Positions 38,292 through 49,292 are shown, numbered from the stretch's first letter. The stretch is 64,000 nt of DNA from an uncultured Methylobacterium sp. (GCA_963990595.1 CAXDNE010000008.1:370-64369), one strand, 5' to 3'. Notes: generated from the letters alone by a model not told the origin. Numbers and translations: made by a program.

Positions 38292-38600
38292 TCACTGATC
38301 GAGAAGACCGGCGAGCTTCATCGCCACGCCCTGCGAGCCCTGGACCTTGAGGCGGCCGGTAGAGAATGCGATCGTCGGGCTCAGCTTGCCCCGCACCAGC
38401 TTAAGAAGGTTGTCGGAACTCAGCTTCATCACCGTATCGGCCTCGCCGCCCTCGCCGGTGGAGACGTTCACGCCGCCGCCGGTCGCGTCCACGAGGATGC
38501 TGCCGCCATCGGTGAGATCGAACCGGACCCGGTAGCCGAGGGCACTGAGCGCCTCCGACCGTTGCTCGATGCAATCGACCAGTTGCCCGAGATCCGCCAT
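38292..38600 (-). CDS. SCP2 sterol/lipid-binding domain protein
   Basis: [37 protein letters not shown]. Confidence 0.9.
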   Translation of the reverse strand: MADLGQLVDCIEQRSEALSALGYRVRFDLTDGGSILVDATGGGVNVSTGEGGEADTVMKLSSDNLLKLVRGKLSPTIAFSTGRLKVQGSQGVAMKLAGLLDQ

Positions 38601-38664
38601 TGCTCTTCTCCGCATCGCCTCGAATGAATGCCCCCGCCCGGTTTTCGGCCGAGGAAGCTTCCCG

Positions 38665-40449
38665 TCAGAACATCGCCTCGTCGAGCGCCATCATCGCGCC
38701 CTTGCCGGACTTCACCGCCGCCAGCAGGCCCGCGACCTGGGGCAGGATGCGCTCCATGTAGAAGCGGGCCGTCGCGAGCTTAGCCTCGTAGAAGTCGCGC
38801 TCGTCCGTCCCGGCCTCGAGCGCGGTGTGGGAGACCTTGGCCGTGCGCAGCCACATGTAGCCCAACGCCACCAACCCGAAGAGACGCAGGTACTCGGTGG
38901 CGGCGGCACCCGCCTCCTCCGGATCCTTGAGGCCCCGCTGGGCGATGTGAGCGGTGGCGAGTTGTAGGGCGCCGAAGGCCTTCGACAGGGGCTGGGCGAG
39001 GGGGGCGAGGTCGTCGTCCTCGATCGCCTCGTCCAGGGCAGCGAGCACCGGGTGGAAGAAGCTGCGCAGGTAGCGGCCGGCATGGGCCGGGAGTTTGCGG
39101 CCGACGAGGTCGAGGGCCTGGATGCCGTTTGTGCCCTCGTAGATCATCGAGATCCGGGCGTCGCGGACGTACTGCTCCATGCCGTGGTCGCGGATGAAGC
39201 CGTGGCCGCCGTAGACCTGCATGCCGATGCTCGCCGATTCGAAGCCGAGATCGGTGAACAGCGCCTTCACGATGGGGGTCATCAGGGCGGAGAAATCCTC
39301 AGCCCGCCGCCGCTCGGCCGGATCGGGATGGTGCTCCATCACGTCGAGGCTTCGGGCGACCCAGGCGCCGAGCGCCCGGCAGCCCTCGTTGTACGCGCGG
39401 ATCGTCATCAGCATCCGCCGCACGTCCGGGTGGACGAGGATCGGGTCGGCGGGCAGGTCCGGCCGCTTGGCGCCCGAGAGCGCGCGGCCCTGGAGGCGCT
39501 CCTTCGCGTAGGCGATGGCGCCCTGGTAGGCGGCCTCGCCCGCGCCGAGCCCCTGGATGCCGACCGACAGGCGCTCGCTGTTCATCATCGTGAACATCGC
39601 GCGCATGCCCTTGTGCGGCTCGCCCACGAGCCAACCCGTGGCGTCGTCGAACGACATCTGGCAGGTGGCCGAGGCCTTGATGCCCATCTTGTGCTCAAGG
39701 GCGCTACAGGTCACGCCATTGCGCTCGCCCGGCGAACCGTCCGCCCGCGGCAGGAATTTCGGCACGAGGAACAGGCTGATACCCTTCACGCCCTTGGGCG
39801 CGTCGGGGATCTTGGCCAGCACCAAGTGGATGATGTTCTCGGTGAGGTCGTGGTCGCCCGCCGAGATGAAGATCTTCGAGCCGGTGACGCGAAAGGACCC
39901 GTCGTCCTGCCGCACGGCCTTGGTCCGCAGGAGGCCGAGATCGGTGCCGCAATGGGGTTCGGTCAGGCACATCGTGCCGGACCACGTGCCGTCCACGAGC
40001 TTCGGCAGGTAGGCCGCCTTCAGCTCCTCCGAGGCGTGGCCCTCGATCGCCTGATAGGCCCCGTGGCTGAGGCCGGGATAGAGGCCGAAGGACAGGTTCG
40101 TGGAGCAGATCATCTCCTCGACGAGCTTGTTGATGCCCGCCGGCAGGCCCTGGCCGCCATAGGCGGGGTCCGCGCCCATGGCGGTCCAGCCGCCCTCCCG
40201 GAACGCCTTGTACGCCTCGGGAAAGCCCTTCGGCGTACGGACGACGCCGTTCTCCAGGCAGCAGCCCTCCTCGTCGCCGGAGGCGTTCAGCGGCAGCAGG
40301 CGCTCCGTGCAGAACTTGCCGGCCTCCTCCAGGATGGCGTCGGCGACGTCGGGGGTGAAGTCTTCCAGGCCCGGCAGGGGCTGGGCGTCGGCGTGCAACT
40401 CGTGCAGCACGAAGCGCATGTCGCGCAAGGGAGCCTTGTAGGTCTGCAT
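38665..40449 (-). CDS. Acyl-CoA dehydrogenase
   Basis: YKAPLRDMRF, GTMCLTEPHCGTDL, GSKIFIS, EHKMGIKASATC and IYEGTNGIQALDL. Confidence 0.96.
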   Translation of the reverse strand: MQTYKAPLRDMRFVLHELHADAQPLPGLEDFTPDVADAILEEAGKFCTERLLPLNASGDEEGCCLENGVVRTPKGFPEAYKAFREGGWTAMGADPAYGGQGLPAGINKLVEEMICSTNLSFGLYPGLSHGAYQAIEGHASEELKAAYLPKLVDGTWSGTMCLTEPHCGTDLGLLRTKAVRQDDGSFRVTGSKIFISAGDHDLTENIIHLVLAKIPDAPKGVKGISLFLVPKFLPRADGSPGERNGVTCSALEHKMGIKASATCQMSFDDATGWLVGEPHKGMRAMFTMMNSERLSVGIQGLGAGEAAYQGAIAYAKERLQGRALSGAKRPDLPADPILVHPDVRRMLMTIRAYNEGCRALGAWVARSLDVMEHHPDPAERRRAEDFSALMTPIVKALFTDLGFESASIGMQVYGGHGFIRDHGMEQYVRDARISMIYEGTNGIQALDLVGRKLPAHAGRYLRSFFHPVLAALDEAIEDDDLAPLAQPLSKAFGALQLATAHIAQRGLKDPEEAGAAATEYLRLFGLVALGYMWLRTAKVSHTALEAGTDERDFYEAKLATARFYMERILPQVAGLLAAVKSGKGAMMALDEAMF

Positions 40450-40453
40450 CGGG

Positions 40454-42775
40454 TCAGTTCCTCACCGGCCGGCCGGTTTCGATGACGCTCTCGAAGCGGT
40501 CGAGGGTCGCCTCCGTCCGCACGAGGCGCATGAAGCTGTCACGTTCGAGTTCGAGGATTGCATCCTCGTCCAGCGCATCCAGGATGTCGGCCTCGCCCCC
40601 GGAGAGCACTGAGGCCAGTTCCCCCGCCACGACGAGGTCGTGCTTGGTGGCGATGCCGCGACGGGCGAAGCCCTCCGCCGCCATGCGCATGGCGACCCCG
40701 CCCGCGGGGCCGGGCAGCGTCACAGTGACGGGCTTGGGTGCCTCGTAGCCCTCGATGAGCGACAGGGCCTTGGCCTTGGCGTCGGCGAGCAGCCGGTCGC
40801 GGTTCATGGTGATCCCGTCGCTCTCGCGCAGGAACAGGAGGTCGCGGGCCTCCTCCGCCGACTTGGCGACCGTGGCGGTCGAGATCGTCTCGAACACCTT
40901 GGCGGCGGCGGGCATCGGCCCCCTCGGCAGCTTCGGCGACGATTGCCAGCGGGCCAGCATCTCCTTGCAGCCGCCCCAGGCCGGCACGAGCCCGACGCCC
41001 GCCTCCACGAGGCCGATATAGCTCTCGGCATGGGCCTGCACGGCATCGCTGTGCAGAAGGATCTCGCAGCCGCCGCCAAGCGCCATGCCGGCGGGGGCGC
41101 TCACCACCGGGAAGGGCGCGTATTTCAGCTGACCGTAGGTCTGCTGACCGAGGCTGACCAGCTTCTCGATCTCGCCCCAGGCGGCGATGTTGGCGGCGAA
41201 CAGGGCCAGCCCGAGATTCGCGCCGACCGAGAAGTTCGAGCCTTCGTTGTAGACGACGAGCGCCTTGTACTTATCCTTGATCAGCTTGATGGTCTTGCCG
41301 AGCAAGACCATGATCTGCTCGTCCAGCGCGTTCGACTGCGAGATGAACTCGAAGCAGACCACGCCGTCGCCGATATCCCACAGGGCGGCGGAGCCGTTCT
41401 TGAGGAGTGGCTTGGCGGACAGTTTGATGTCCTCCAACCGCAGAACGCCCTCGGGGCGGACGACATCCTTGTAGCCGCCCTCGGCCTGCAGCACCTGCCG
41501 ACGGCCGTTCTCGACCCGGTAGAAGGTCTGGCCGTTGAGCCCGGCGAGGATCGGCGGGACGGCATGGCCGTCCTTCGCCAGCCGCTCGGCCACGTAGGCA
41601 CCGCCGATCCTGTCGGTCAGCTCGAACGGCCCCCACTTCCAGTTGTAGCCCAGGCGCATGGCCTCATCGATGGCGGCGACCTCGTCGCTCGCCTCGCCGA
41701 CGAGCCCGGCGGCATAGGCCAACGTCGGGCCGATCACCTTCCAGGCGTAGTCGCCGGCGCGGCCCTTCAGGTCGAGCACCGCGCGCGGGCCCTTGGCCTC
41801 CTTCAGCGCCGGCAAGTCGGCCTTCGCGGAGGGCCTGTACTCACCGGTCTTTAGGTCGATGGCTTCCTTGGTCTTCTGCCCGTCCTTCCGGTTCAGGCGG
41901 TAGAAGCCGCCCTTGCCCTTGCGGCCGGTGAAGCCCTCCGCGATCAGCTTCGTGACCACCGGCATCTCGCGATAGGTGGCGTGGAATGCGTCCTCCGGCG
42001 GCAGGGCCGCCCGCAGGCTCTTCGTGGTGTGCGGGATCAGGTCGAGCCCGACGAGATCGACGAGGCCGAACACGCCGGTCTTCGGGATGCCGAAGGGGCG
42101 GCCCATCACCGCGTCCGCCTCCTCCACCGGCACGTCGAGGTCGTCGGCCGCCGCGATGGCGTTCTGGATCCAGAAGATCCCGAGCCGGTTGGCGATGAAA
42201 CCCGGCCGGTCCTTGCAGCGGACGATGCTCTTGCCGAGCTTGCGGTCGGCGAAGTCCGCCACGGTCTGGGCGAGCGCCGGATCGGTCTTCGGCCCCGTCA
42301 CGATCTCCAGAAGCCGCATGTAGCGCGGCGGGTTGAAGAAGTGGGTGATGAGGAAGTCTCGCTGGAATGCCTCGGGCATCCCTTCGACCAGCGCGTCCAG
42401 CGGAATGGTCGAGGTGTTCGACGAGACCGCCGTGCCGGGCCGGCGCACGGCGTCGATCCGCTTGTAGAGCGCCTGTTTCGCGTCAAGCCGCTCGATCACC
42501 ACCTCGATGATCCAATCGACCTCGCCGAGGCGGTCGAGATGGTCCTCGACGTTGAGCGTCTCCACGAGCTTGGCGGCCCGCGGGGACATGAAGGCGGCGG
42601 GCTCGGTCTTGAGCAGCTTCGCGATGGCGCCCTCGGCCAGCGCGTTCCGGCCGGCGGCGCCCTCGGGGACGATGTCCATGAGGAGCACCGGCATGCCGGC
42701 ATTGGCGACATGGGCGGCGATGCCGGCGCCCATGACTCCGGCGCCGATGACGGCGACTTTGCGGATCCCGGTCAT
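40454..42775 (-). CDS. 3-hydroxyacyl-CoA dehydrogenase / enoyl-CoA hydratase fusion (FadN-like)
   Basis: VAVIGAGVMGAGIA, SSNTSTIP, HFFNPPRYM, FIANRLG and ALGGGCE...IGLVEAGVGLVP. True start MTGIRKV at 42775. Confidence 0.95.
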   Translation of the reverse strand: MTGIRKVAVIGAGVMGAGIAAHVANAGMPVLLMDIVPEGAAGRNALAEGAIAKLLKTEPAAFMSPRAAKLVETLNVEDHLDRLGEVDWIIEVVIERLDAKQALYKRIDAVRRPGTAVSSNTSTIPLDALVEGMPEAFQRDFLITHFFNPPRYMRLLEIVTGPKTDPALAQTVADFADRKLGKSIVRCKDRPGFIANRLGIFWIQNAIAAADDLDVPVEEADAVMGRPFGIPKTGVFGLVDLVGLDLIPHTTKSLRAALPPEDAFHATYREMPVVTKLIAEGFTGRKGKGGFYRLNRKDGQKTKEAIDLKTGEYRPSAKADLPALKEAKGPRAVLDLKGRAGDYAWKVIGPTLAYAAGLVGEASDEVAAIDEAMRLGYNWKWGPFELTDRIGGAYVAERLAKDGHAVPPILAGLNGQTFYRVENGRRQVLQAEGGYKDVVRPEGVLRLEDIKLSAKPLLKNGSAALWDIGDGVVCFEFISQSNALDEQIMVLLGKTIKLIKDKYKALVVYNEGSNFSVGANLGLALFAANIAAWGEIEKLVSLGQQTYGQLKYAPFPVVSAPAGMALGGGCEILLHSDAVQAHAESYIGLVEAGVGLVPAWGGCKEMLARWQSSPKLPRGPMPAAAKVFETISTATVAKSAEEARDLLFLRESDGITMNRDRLLADAKAKALSLIEGYEAPKPVTVTLPGPAGGVAMRMAAEGFARRGIATKHDLVVAGELASVLSGGEADILDALDEDAILELERDSFMRLVRTEATLDRFESVIETGRPVRN

Positions 42776-43911
42776 CAGATGCGCTCCAGAACGGTGGCGA
42801 TGCCCTGGCCGCCGCCGATGCACTGGGTGGCCAGCGCGAAGCGACCGCCCTCGCGGGACAGGAGCGAGGCCGCCTTGCCGACGATGCGGGCCCCTGTGGC
42901 GCCGAGCGGATGGCCGAGCGCGATGGCGCCGCCGTCGATGTTGACGATCTTTTCGTCGAGGCCGAGGTCGCGCATGCAGGCGAGCGCCTGGGAGGCGAAG
43001 GCCTCGTTCAGCTCGACCACGCTTAGGGCGTCGGCGGCGATGCCCGCCCGGGCCAAGGCCTTGCGCGAGGCGACGACGGGACCCATGCCCATGATCTCCG
43101 GCTCGCAGCCCGCGACCGCGACCGAGGCGACCCGCGCCAGCGGCTTCAGCCCGTGACGGTTCGCGAAGCCTGCGCTGCACACCAGCACCGCCGAGGCGCC
43201 ATCGGTCAGCGGCGAGGACGTGCCGGCGGTGACTGAGCCGTCCTGCTGGAAGGCGGGCTTGAGGCTGGCGAGACCTTCGGCGCTGGCATCCGCCCGGATG
43301 CAGCCGTCCGTCTCGACCGTGCCGCCCTTGGTGGCGATCGGGACGATCTCGGCGGCAAGCCGCCCTTCTCCCTGCGCCTTGGCCGCCTTGTGGTGGCTCG
43401 CCACCGCGAAGGCCTCCTGATCCGCACGGGAGATCTCCCAGCGGCGGGCGACGTTCTCGGCGGTGTCGCCCATGCCCATGTAGGCGCCGGGGCGCTTCTC
43501 ATGGAGAGCCGGGTTCGGCATCGGGTTGAAGCCCATCATCGGCACGCGGCTCATGCTCTCCACACCCGCGCAGACGAAGGCCACGCCCGCGCCGAGGGCG
43601 ATCTGCCCCGCCGCCATGTGGACCGACTGCATCGACGAGCCGCAGAAGCGGTTCACCGTGACGCCGCCGACGCCGAGGTCGAGATCGGCCATCAGGCCGA
43701 TCAGGCGGGCGATGTTGAAGCCCTGCTCGCCCTCGGGGAAGGCGCAGCCGACGATCAGGTCCTCGATGTCCTTCGAGGGGATCCCGATGTCGGCGACCAG
43801 CTTGCGCACCACCTGCGCGGCGAGGTCGTCGGGACGGACCCGGGCGAGCGCTCCCTTCTTCGCGGGTGTGAAGGGCGAGCGGGCATAGCCCGCGATGACG
43901 ATGTCGGTCAT
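42775..43911 (-). CDS. Acetyl-CoA C-acyltransferase (thiolase)
   Basis: NRFCGSSM, ELNEAFA, GHPLGATG and QCIGGGQG. Confidence 0.96.
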   Translation of the reverse strand: MTDIVIAGYARSPFTPAKKGALARVRPDDLAAQVVRKLVADIGIPSKDIEDLIVGCAFPEGEQGFNIARLIGLMADLDLGVGGVTVNRFCGSSMQSVHMAAGQIALGAGVAFVCAGVESMSRVPMMGFNPMPNPALHEKRPGAYMGMGDTAENVARRWEISRADQEAFAVASHHKAAKAQGEGRLAAEIVPIATKGGTVETDGCIRADASAEGLASLKPAFQQDGSVTAGTSSPLTDGASAVLVCSAGFANRHGLKPLARVASVAVAGCEPEIMGMGPVVASRKALARAGIAADALSVVELNEAFASQALACMRDLGLDEKIVNIDGGAIALGHPLGATGARIVGKAASLLSREGGRFALATQCIGGGQGIATVLERI

Positions 43912-44185
43912 GTTTACCTCCCGGAAAGACTACGATGAGAGAGCGCCGGCGACGTCGCGGCTGCGGGCAGCCGCATCGCCTCCGCGAAGCCCTGGGCGCA
44001 TGGGCTTGTGAAGTGCGGCCCGACCCACGCCTCCAGGGCGGGATGCAGTCCCGGGGATGCGGCCGGAAAGCCTGCCGGCGCCCGGCGGTGGCATCCCGCG
44101 GGCAGGCCGGCGCTGCGTCCGACTGAATCCTCGGTGCGCAGCAGTTCTTCGTCGCGAGACCGGCGACGGTTCTTGCGAGCCCTTG

Positions 44186-44617
44186 CTAGCGCGCGCGCCG
44201 CGTCTTGTCGGGCTCCGCGTCGTCGAGGCCGGCCAGAGCGTAAAGCCTGAGCTTCTCCAGTTCGCCGAGCGTCTCGATGAGCGCCTTCTGCTGATCGACG
44301 AGTTGATCGATCCGGCCCTGAACCTTCTTCAGAAGGTCGCGCCACTGCTCTCTCTGGGTCGGATCGGCCGCGTAGAGGTCGAGATATTCCTTGATCTCGC
44401 GGAGCGAGAAGCCCAACCGCTTGCCCCGTAGGATGAGGATCAACCGGACCTTGTCGCGATGGGCGAAGATGCGGGTATTCCCGGCGCGCTGCGGGGTCAG
44501 CAGCCCCTTGTCCTCGTAGAAGCGCACCGTCCTCGCCGTAACCCCCAATTCCGTGGCGAGTTGGGTCACGGTGTACAGCGTTTCGGACACAGACGGCCTT
44601 TTCGTGAAGAACGTCAT
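44186..44617 (-). CDS. MerR family regulator (LiuR-like)
   Basis: YTVTQLATELGVTARTVRFYEDKGLL...RGKRLGFSLREIKEYLDLY. Confidence 0.92.
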   Translation of the reverse strand: MTFFTKRPSVSETLYTVTQLATELGVTARTVRFYEDKGLLTPQRAGNTRIFAHRDKVRLILILRGKRLGFSLREIKEYLDLYAADPTQREQWRDLLKKVQGRIDQLVDQQKALIETLGELEKLRLYALAGLDDAEPDKTRRAR

Positions 44618-44647
44618 CGTATGCCCCGAGGGTCCTTAGGGTCAACA

Positions 44648-46369
44648 TCATGCCGAAGCCCGCCTGTTCATGGCCGCCAGCCCGGCCCGTTCGCGCTCCT
44701 CCGCGATCAGTTCCTTCTTCGACAGCTTGCCGACCGCGGTCTTCGGCAGGCTTGTCCGGATCTCGATTTCCCTGGGCATCTCGATCTTCGAGATACGCTC
44801 GGAGAGGAAGGCGCGAAGCTCATCGGGCGTCGTCGGGAACCCGGCGCGCAGCTTCACGAACGCCTTGGGACTTTCGCCGCGGTACGCATCCGGGATGCCG
44901 ATCGCGACCACCTCTTCGACGGCCTCGTGCTCGTACAGTGCATCCTCGATCTGGCGCGGATAGACGTTGTATCCGCCACAGATGATGAGATCCTTGATCC
45001 TATCGACGAGGAACAGGAATCCCTCCGGATCGCGGTAGCCCACGTCCCCGGTCCTGAGCGCCCCGTCGACCAGAACCTCAGAGGAGTCGGCCGGACGGCG
45101 CCAGTAACCCGCCATGATCTGCGGGCCCCGGATGTAGACTTCGCCCTTTGCGCCAGCCGGCATCAGCCGATCGGAGCAGTTCGGATCCCGGATCTCGATG
45201 GTCGTGTCCACCAGTGGCAGGCCGACCGAACCCGCGCGACGCCGGGCGTCGAACGGATTGACGCTGACGACGGGCGAACTCTCCGTCAGCCCATAGCCTT
45301 CCGACAGCCGGCATCCCGTCAGCGCCTCGAAACGGGCCCCGACCTCGGCGGGCAGCGGCGCGCCGCCCGAGATGCACAGACGGATGGAGCGGAGATCGAC
45401 GTCGGCCGTTTCCGCCGCCTTGTTGATCGCCGCGAAGATCGTCGGGACGGCCGGGAAGAACGTGGGCTTTGTTCGTGCGATCGTGGCGAGGAGTTCCTCG
45501 ATCTTGAATTGCGGAACGAGGACGATCTGGGCGCCCATATCGAGGGCCAGATTCATCGCGACGGTCATCGCGAAGACGTGGAACAGCGGGATCACGGCGA
45601 GCACTCGCTCTTGTCCGTCGCGCAGCCCTCCGCCCTGCATCAGGGGCGACAACTGACGAACGTTTCCGGCGAGATTGGCGTGGGTCAGCATCGCACCTTT
45701 GGGCACGCCGGTCGTCCCGCCGGTGTACTGCAGCAGCGCGACATCGTCCGGACGCGGTGCGGGACGTCGCTGGGTAGCGCTGCGGCCGGACAGCAGCTTC
45801 GAGAAGGAAACGTGCCGCGCATCGTCATGAACGCGGGCCTTTTCCGTCCGCTTGAACAGCCGATAGAGAACGCCGCGGCCGAAGGGCAAAGCATCCGCAA
45901 ACGGACAGACGACCAGATGGCGAAGACCGGCCTCATCCGCCACGGCGGCGACGGGGCCATAGACCCGTTCTATGTCGGGCAAGACCATGATCGTCGTGTC
46001 CGAATCGAGGATCTGCGCTAGGCACTCCCGCGGGGTATAGAGTGGATTGTAGTTGACGACGGTTCCGCCGGACTTGAGAATGGCGAAGTAGAACACCACC
46101 GAATACGGCGAGTTCGGCAAGCACAGACCGACCTTAACGCCGTGTCCGACGCCGAGGCGGATGAGGCCCTCGGCCACGCGATCGGTCAGCTCGCCGACGT
46201 CACGATAGGTCCACTTCCGCCCGAAAAAATCGAGCGCCGGCCTGTCCGCGAAACGACGCACGGCCCGGTCGAATACCTCCGGCAACGTGTTCGGCTCACT
46301 GGCGGACAGACGTGGTGCCGAGGGTGCGGCTGCTTGCCTGCAACCGCCATCATCGTGGGTGGCCGACAT
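44648..46369 (-). CDS. fadD: Long-chain fatty acid-CoA ligase
   Basis: LQYTGGTTGVPKG, EGYGLTESSP, GPQIMAGYW, TGDVG and PKTAVGKL. Start MSATH at 46369. Confidence 0.92.
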   Translation of the reverse strand: MSATHDDGGCRQAAAPSAPRLSASEPNTLPEVFDRAVRRFADRPALDFFGRKWTYRDVGELTDRVAEGLIRLGVGHGVKVGLCLPNSPYSVVFYFAILKSGGTVVNYNPLYTPRECLAQILDSDTTIMVLPDIERVYGPVAAVADEAGLRHLVVCPFADALPFGRGVLYRLFKRTEKARVHDDARHVSFSKLLSGRSATQRRPAPRPDDVALLQYTGGTTGVPKGAMLTHANLAGNVRQLSPLMQGGGLRDGQERVLAVIPLFHVFAMTVAMNLALDMGAQIVLVPQFKIEELLATIARTKPTFFPAVPTIFAAINKAAETADVDLRSIRLCISGGAPLPAEVGARFEALTGCRLSEGYGLTESSPVVSVNPFDARRRAGSVGLPLVDTTIEIRDPNCSDRLMPAGAKGEVYIRGPQIMAGYWRRPADSSEVLVDGALRTGDVGYRDPEGFLFLVDRIKDLIICGGYNVYPRQIEDALYEHEAVEEVVAIGIPDAYRGESPKAFVKLRAGFPTTPDELRAFLSERISKIEMPREIEIRTSLPKTAVGKLSKKELIAEERERAGLAAMNRRASA

Positions 46370-46426
46370 GTTCCCCCCTTCCTGCGTCGCTCTCTTCGGA
46401 AGCGCTTCGTTCGAGCAGGTCTGGAT

Positions 46427-46440
46427 TGACGTATACGTTA
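46427..46440. promoter_or_regulatory. LiuR-like operator upstream of fadD
   Basis: TGACGTATACGTTA palindrome resembling the LiuR TGACGTnnACGTnA consensus; a near-identical copy lies at 46795. Confidence 0.7.
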
Positions 46441-46794
46441 GTCTATATCCGCATAGGTAAACCAAACGCAAGCCCCCACCCCGGCATTCGATCGCGGCGG
46501 TGTCCGGTCGAACTTGGGTTCTGCCGCGCCCGACGGATGACGGGACGCCGGTGGTCGACCTTCGAGATCTCGCTGCCGACGAGGATCCGAGGCGCGGCCC
46601 GCCGTTCCGTGCCGAGATCGGCGGCCCTCACACCGCGCGCGCGAATATTTGCGCAACACGTCGTTGTGCGCTGCAGCGAGAGCGCCGTTGGTGCCCAAAG
46701 GCCACATCCATTGGCGATTACATTCGGCCGATCGAATTTCGGTGAGAAAGGGGCAATCCGTGCTTGCAACTTTTTGCAGCATTAGTCAGCATCA

Positions 46795-46808
46795 TGACGT
46801 ATAGGTTA
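46795..46808. promoter_or_regulatory. LiuR-like operator upstream of fadL
   Basis: TGACGTATAGGTTA, one mismatch from the 46427 site. Confidence 0.62.
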
Positions 46809-46974
46809 TGTTAGTGCCACAAGCCGGCGCGATGAGTCGGTCTCGGCACCTCGGCATCCGATCTTGCCAGCCGCCGTTTCTCCCGCCCGTGCCTGCTAAG
46901 CCTGGGCGCTCCGGAACGGACTCAAAATTCGAAATCCGCATCGGCTCAATCAGCGGATTCGTGTGGGGGAAACC

Positions 46975-48288
46975 ATGAATTCACGCCTTCGCATCGGCTC
47001 GATTGCCGTCCTCACCGCGCTCTGCGCCGTTACGGAAGCATCTGCGGGCGCATTCGGCCTGCGGGAGCAGAGCACGCAGGCCCAGGGCCTGGGATTCGCG
47101 GGTGCGGCGGCCGGCTCCGGCGGCGTGTCGTCGATGTTCTGGAACCCGGCCGTCATCACGATGCGGCCTGGCTTCGTCACCGAGCAGAACCTCACGTATC
47201 TCGGTCCCTCTGCGACCATCACCCCGTCCACCGGCACCAACCCGGCCTTCGGGGGCCTCGGCGGCTCGGGCGATATCGGCCAGGGCGCGGTGCTCCCGGC
47301 GGGTGCAAGCTCTTACCAAATCAACGACCGCCTCTGGCTCGGCATCTCCACCGGCGCGCCGTTCGGCCTGACTACCAAGCCGAACGAGGTCTGGGCCGGC
47401 GAGGTCTACGGTCGCTCTTCGCGAATCTTCTCGCTGGTCTTCAACCCGGTCGTCGGCTTCAAGGTGAACGAGTGGCTCTCGGTCGCCGCCGGTCCGAACA
47501 TCGAGTATTTCCGCCTAACCCTGCGCCAGGCCCTGCCGCTTCCCGGCCTGCCCCCGACGGCCTATCCCAGCTCCTTCCTGAAGGGTGAGTCCTGGGGTGC
47601 GGGCTTCACCGCGGGCGTGAACATCACGCCCTGGGAAGGGACGGCGCTCGGCATCGGCTACCGCTCCTCGGTGCATCACGACATCGACGGCTCGATCGGC
47701 GTGCCGATCCTCGCCCTGGCGCCGCTGGCCGGACAGGTGCGCGCAAACTTCAACACGCCGGAGAAGCTCAGCGTGGGCCTGACCCAGGCGGTGAGCCCGA
47801 TCGCCCGCGTGTCCCTCGGCTTCGAGTGGGACAACTGGTCGAGGCTCGGCACCGTCGGCATCGTGTCGAAGACGCTGGGCGTACCGGTGAACTCCCTGCC
47901 GCTGAACTACAAGGACGGGTATTACTACTCGATCGGCGGTGAGTACGACGTGAACGCCGCCCTGACGGTGCGCGCCGGCTTCGGCTACGAGACTTCGCCG
48001 ATCGACTTCAGCAACCGCTCGGTCCGCCTGCCGGACGGCGACCGCTACAGCCTGAACGTCGGTGCGAGCTACCGCTGGAACAATCAGCTGACGCTGAACG
48101 CCGCCTATTCTCACCTCTTCCTGGACCGCTCGCGTATCCTCGCGGGCATCGGGCGGGACTACAACGTTGGCAACATCGCCTTCGCGGGTGTGGTCGATTC
48201 GAGCGTCGACATCGTCTCGGTCGGCTTCCGCTACGCCTTCGGCGCCCCGCCGCCGCCGGCGCCCGTCCCGCTGGTCCGGAAGAACTGA
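46975..48288 (+). CDS. fadL: FadL/OmpP1/TodX outer membrane long-chain fatty acid transporter
   Basis: Signal peptide, AFGLREQS...GFAG, MFWNPA and RLPDGDR. Confidence 0.92.
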   Translation: MNSRLRIGSIAVLTALCAVTEASAGAFGLREQSTQAQGLGFAGAAAGSGGVSSMFWNPAVITMRPGFVTEQNLTYLGPSATITPSTGTNPAFGGLGGSGDIGQGAVLPAGASSYQINDRLWLGISTGAPFGLTTKPNEVWAGEVYGRSSRIFSLVFNPVVGFKVNEWLSVAAGPNIEYFRLTLRQALPLPGLPPTAYPSSFLKGESWGAGFTAGVNITPWEGTALGIGYRSSVHHDIDGSIGVPILALAPLAGQVRANFNTPEKLSVGLTQAVSPIARVSLGFEWDNWSRLGTVGIVSKTLGVPVNSLPLNYKDGYYYSIGGEYDVNAALTVRAGFGYETSPIDFSNRSVRLPDGDRYSLNVGASYRWNNQLTLNAAYSHLFLDRSRILAGIGRDYNVGNIAFAGVVDSSVDIVSVGFRYAFGAPPPPAPVPLVRKN

Positions 48289-48357
48289 TCAGGTTTCCGC
48301 CCAGCATTTGTCTTGACGGTAAATCGCAGCCTTCCAGGCAGATCGTACGGGATTGTC

Positions 48358-49135
48358 CGCCGCAACGACCAGGATCTCGTCCAGCCGGGTCGTGTAGCGC
48401 GGCGAGCGCATCTCGAACTTGGTCGACCATGCCCGCGCCGGGGTGAACCCGGCCGCGGCTGGGACGACCGCCCCGCGCCCGAAGCGCCGGTTGCAGGCAT
48501 CGAGCGCCGCCATCAGCGCGGCCCCCGCTCGCGGTCGAGCTGGCCGAGGCCGGGTATCGCTCGCTGGGAGGCGTGGAGAGGCAGGAGGTCCGTCGTGACC
48601 ACTCCGGCCTTCGAATAACAAAAGCCGTCCCGCCAGGTCTTGCGGACGCCATGCAGTGCGGCCTTCACCAGCACCAAAGTGTCGTTCGACGATTCCGGCA
48701 GGGTCACCACCGTCGAGACCGACCGCTGCAGCCGAGTCCGGTCGTGCTCGGAGGTGCGGAAGAAGACCGTGACGTGGTCGGTTCCGAACCCCTCCCGGCG
48801 GAGCTTTTCCCCGAGCCGGGTCGCGTTGGCGGCGACCGCCTGCTCCATCGTTGCGTGATCCTCGACCCGGTCGGAGAAGCTCCGGTTCACGGCGCAGCCC
48901 TTCCGAGTCGCGGCGACCTCCTCCAGGTCGAGACAGGCCTCGCCGCGTAGCTGCCGCAACAGCCGCTCGCCGACCACTGTCATGGCCTTGCGCACCGCCC
49001 GGGGGTCGAGATCGCGCACGTCGGCGGCGCTCTCGCACCCCAGCGCCCCAAGCTTGCGGGCGTTCACCGGGCCAACGCCCCAGATGTCCTGCGTCAAGTT
49101 CTGGGCCATCCAGTGGTCGTGGGCGGGTCGGTCCG
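48358..49135 (-). pseudogene. umuC: 5'-truncated, frameshifted second umuC copy
   Basis: C-terminal half nearly colinear with 15710-16494 (DIWGVGP...SPRYTTRL); N-terminal half missing; frameshift at ~48520. Confidence 0.88.
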
Positions 49136-49292
49136 GTCGTAGCCCGAACGGCTCTGTCAACAAGTGGAGCGGGAATACGGGTATCGGCACCCGCCATGTC
49201 TGCTTTGGAGATGCCATCGAACCCCTGCGAACGACTGGCTTGGGCGCAAAGTCGAATGTCCGCTCGCGATGGCGATCCGGCGTGACGGGGTT

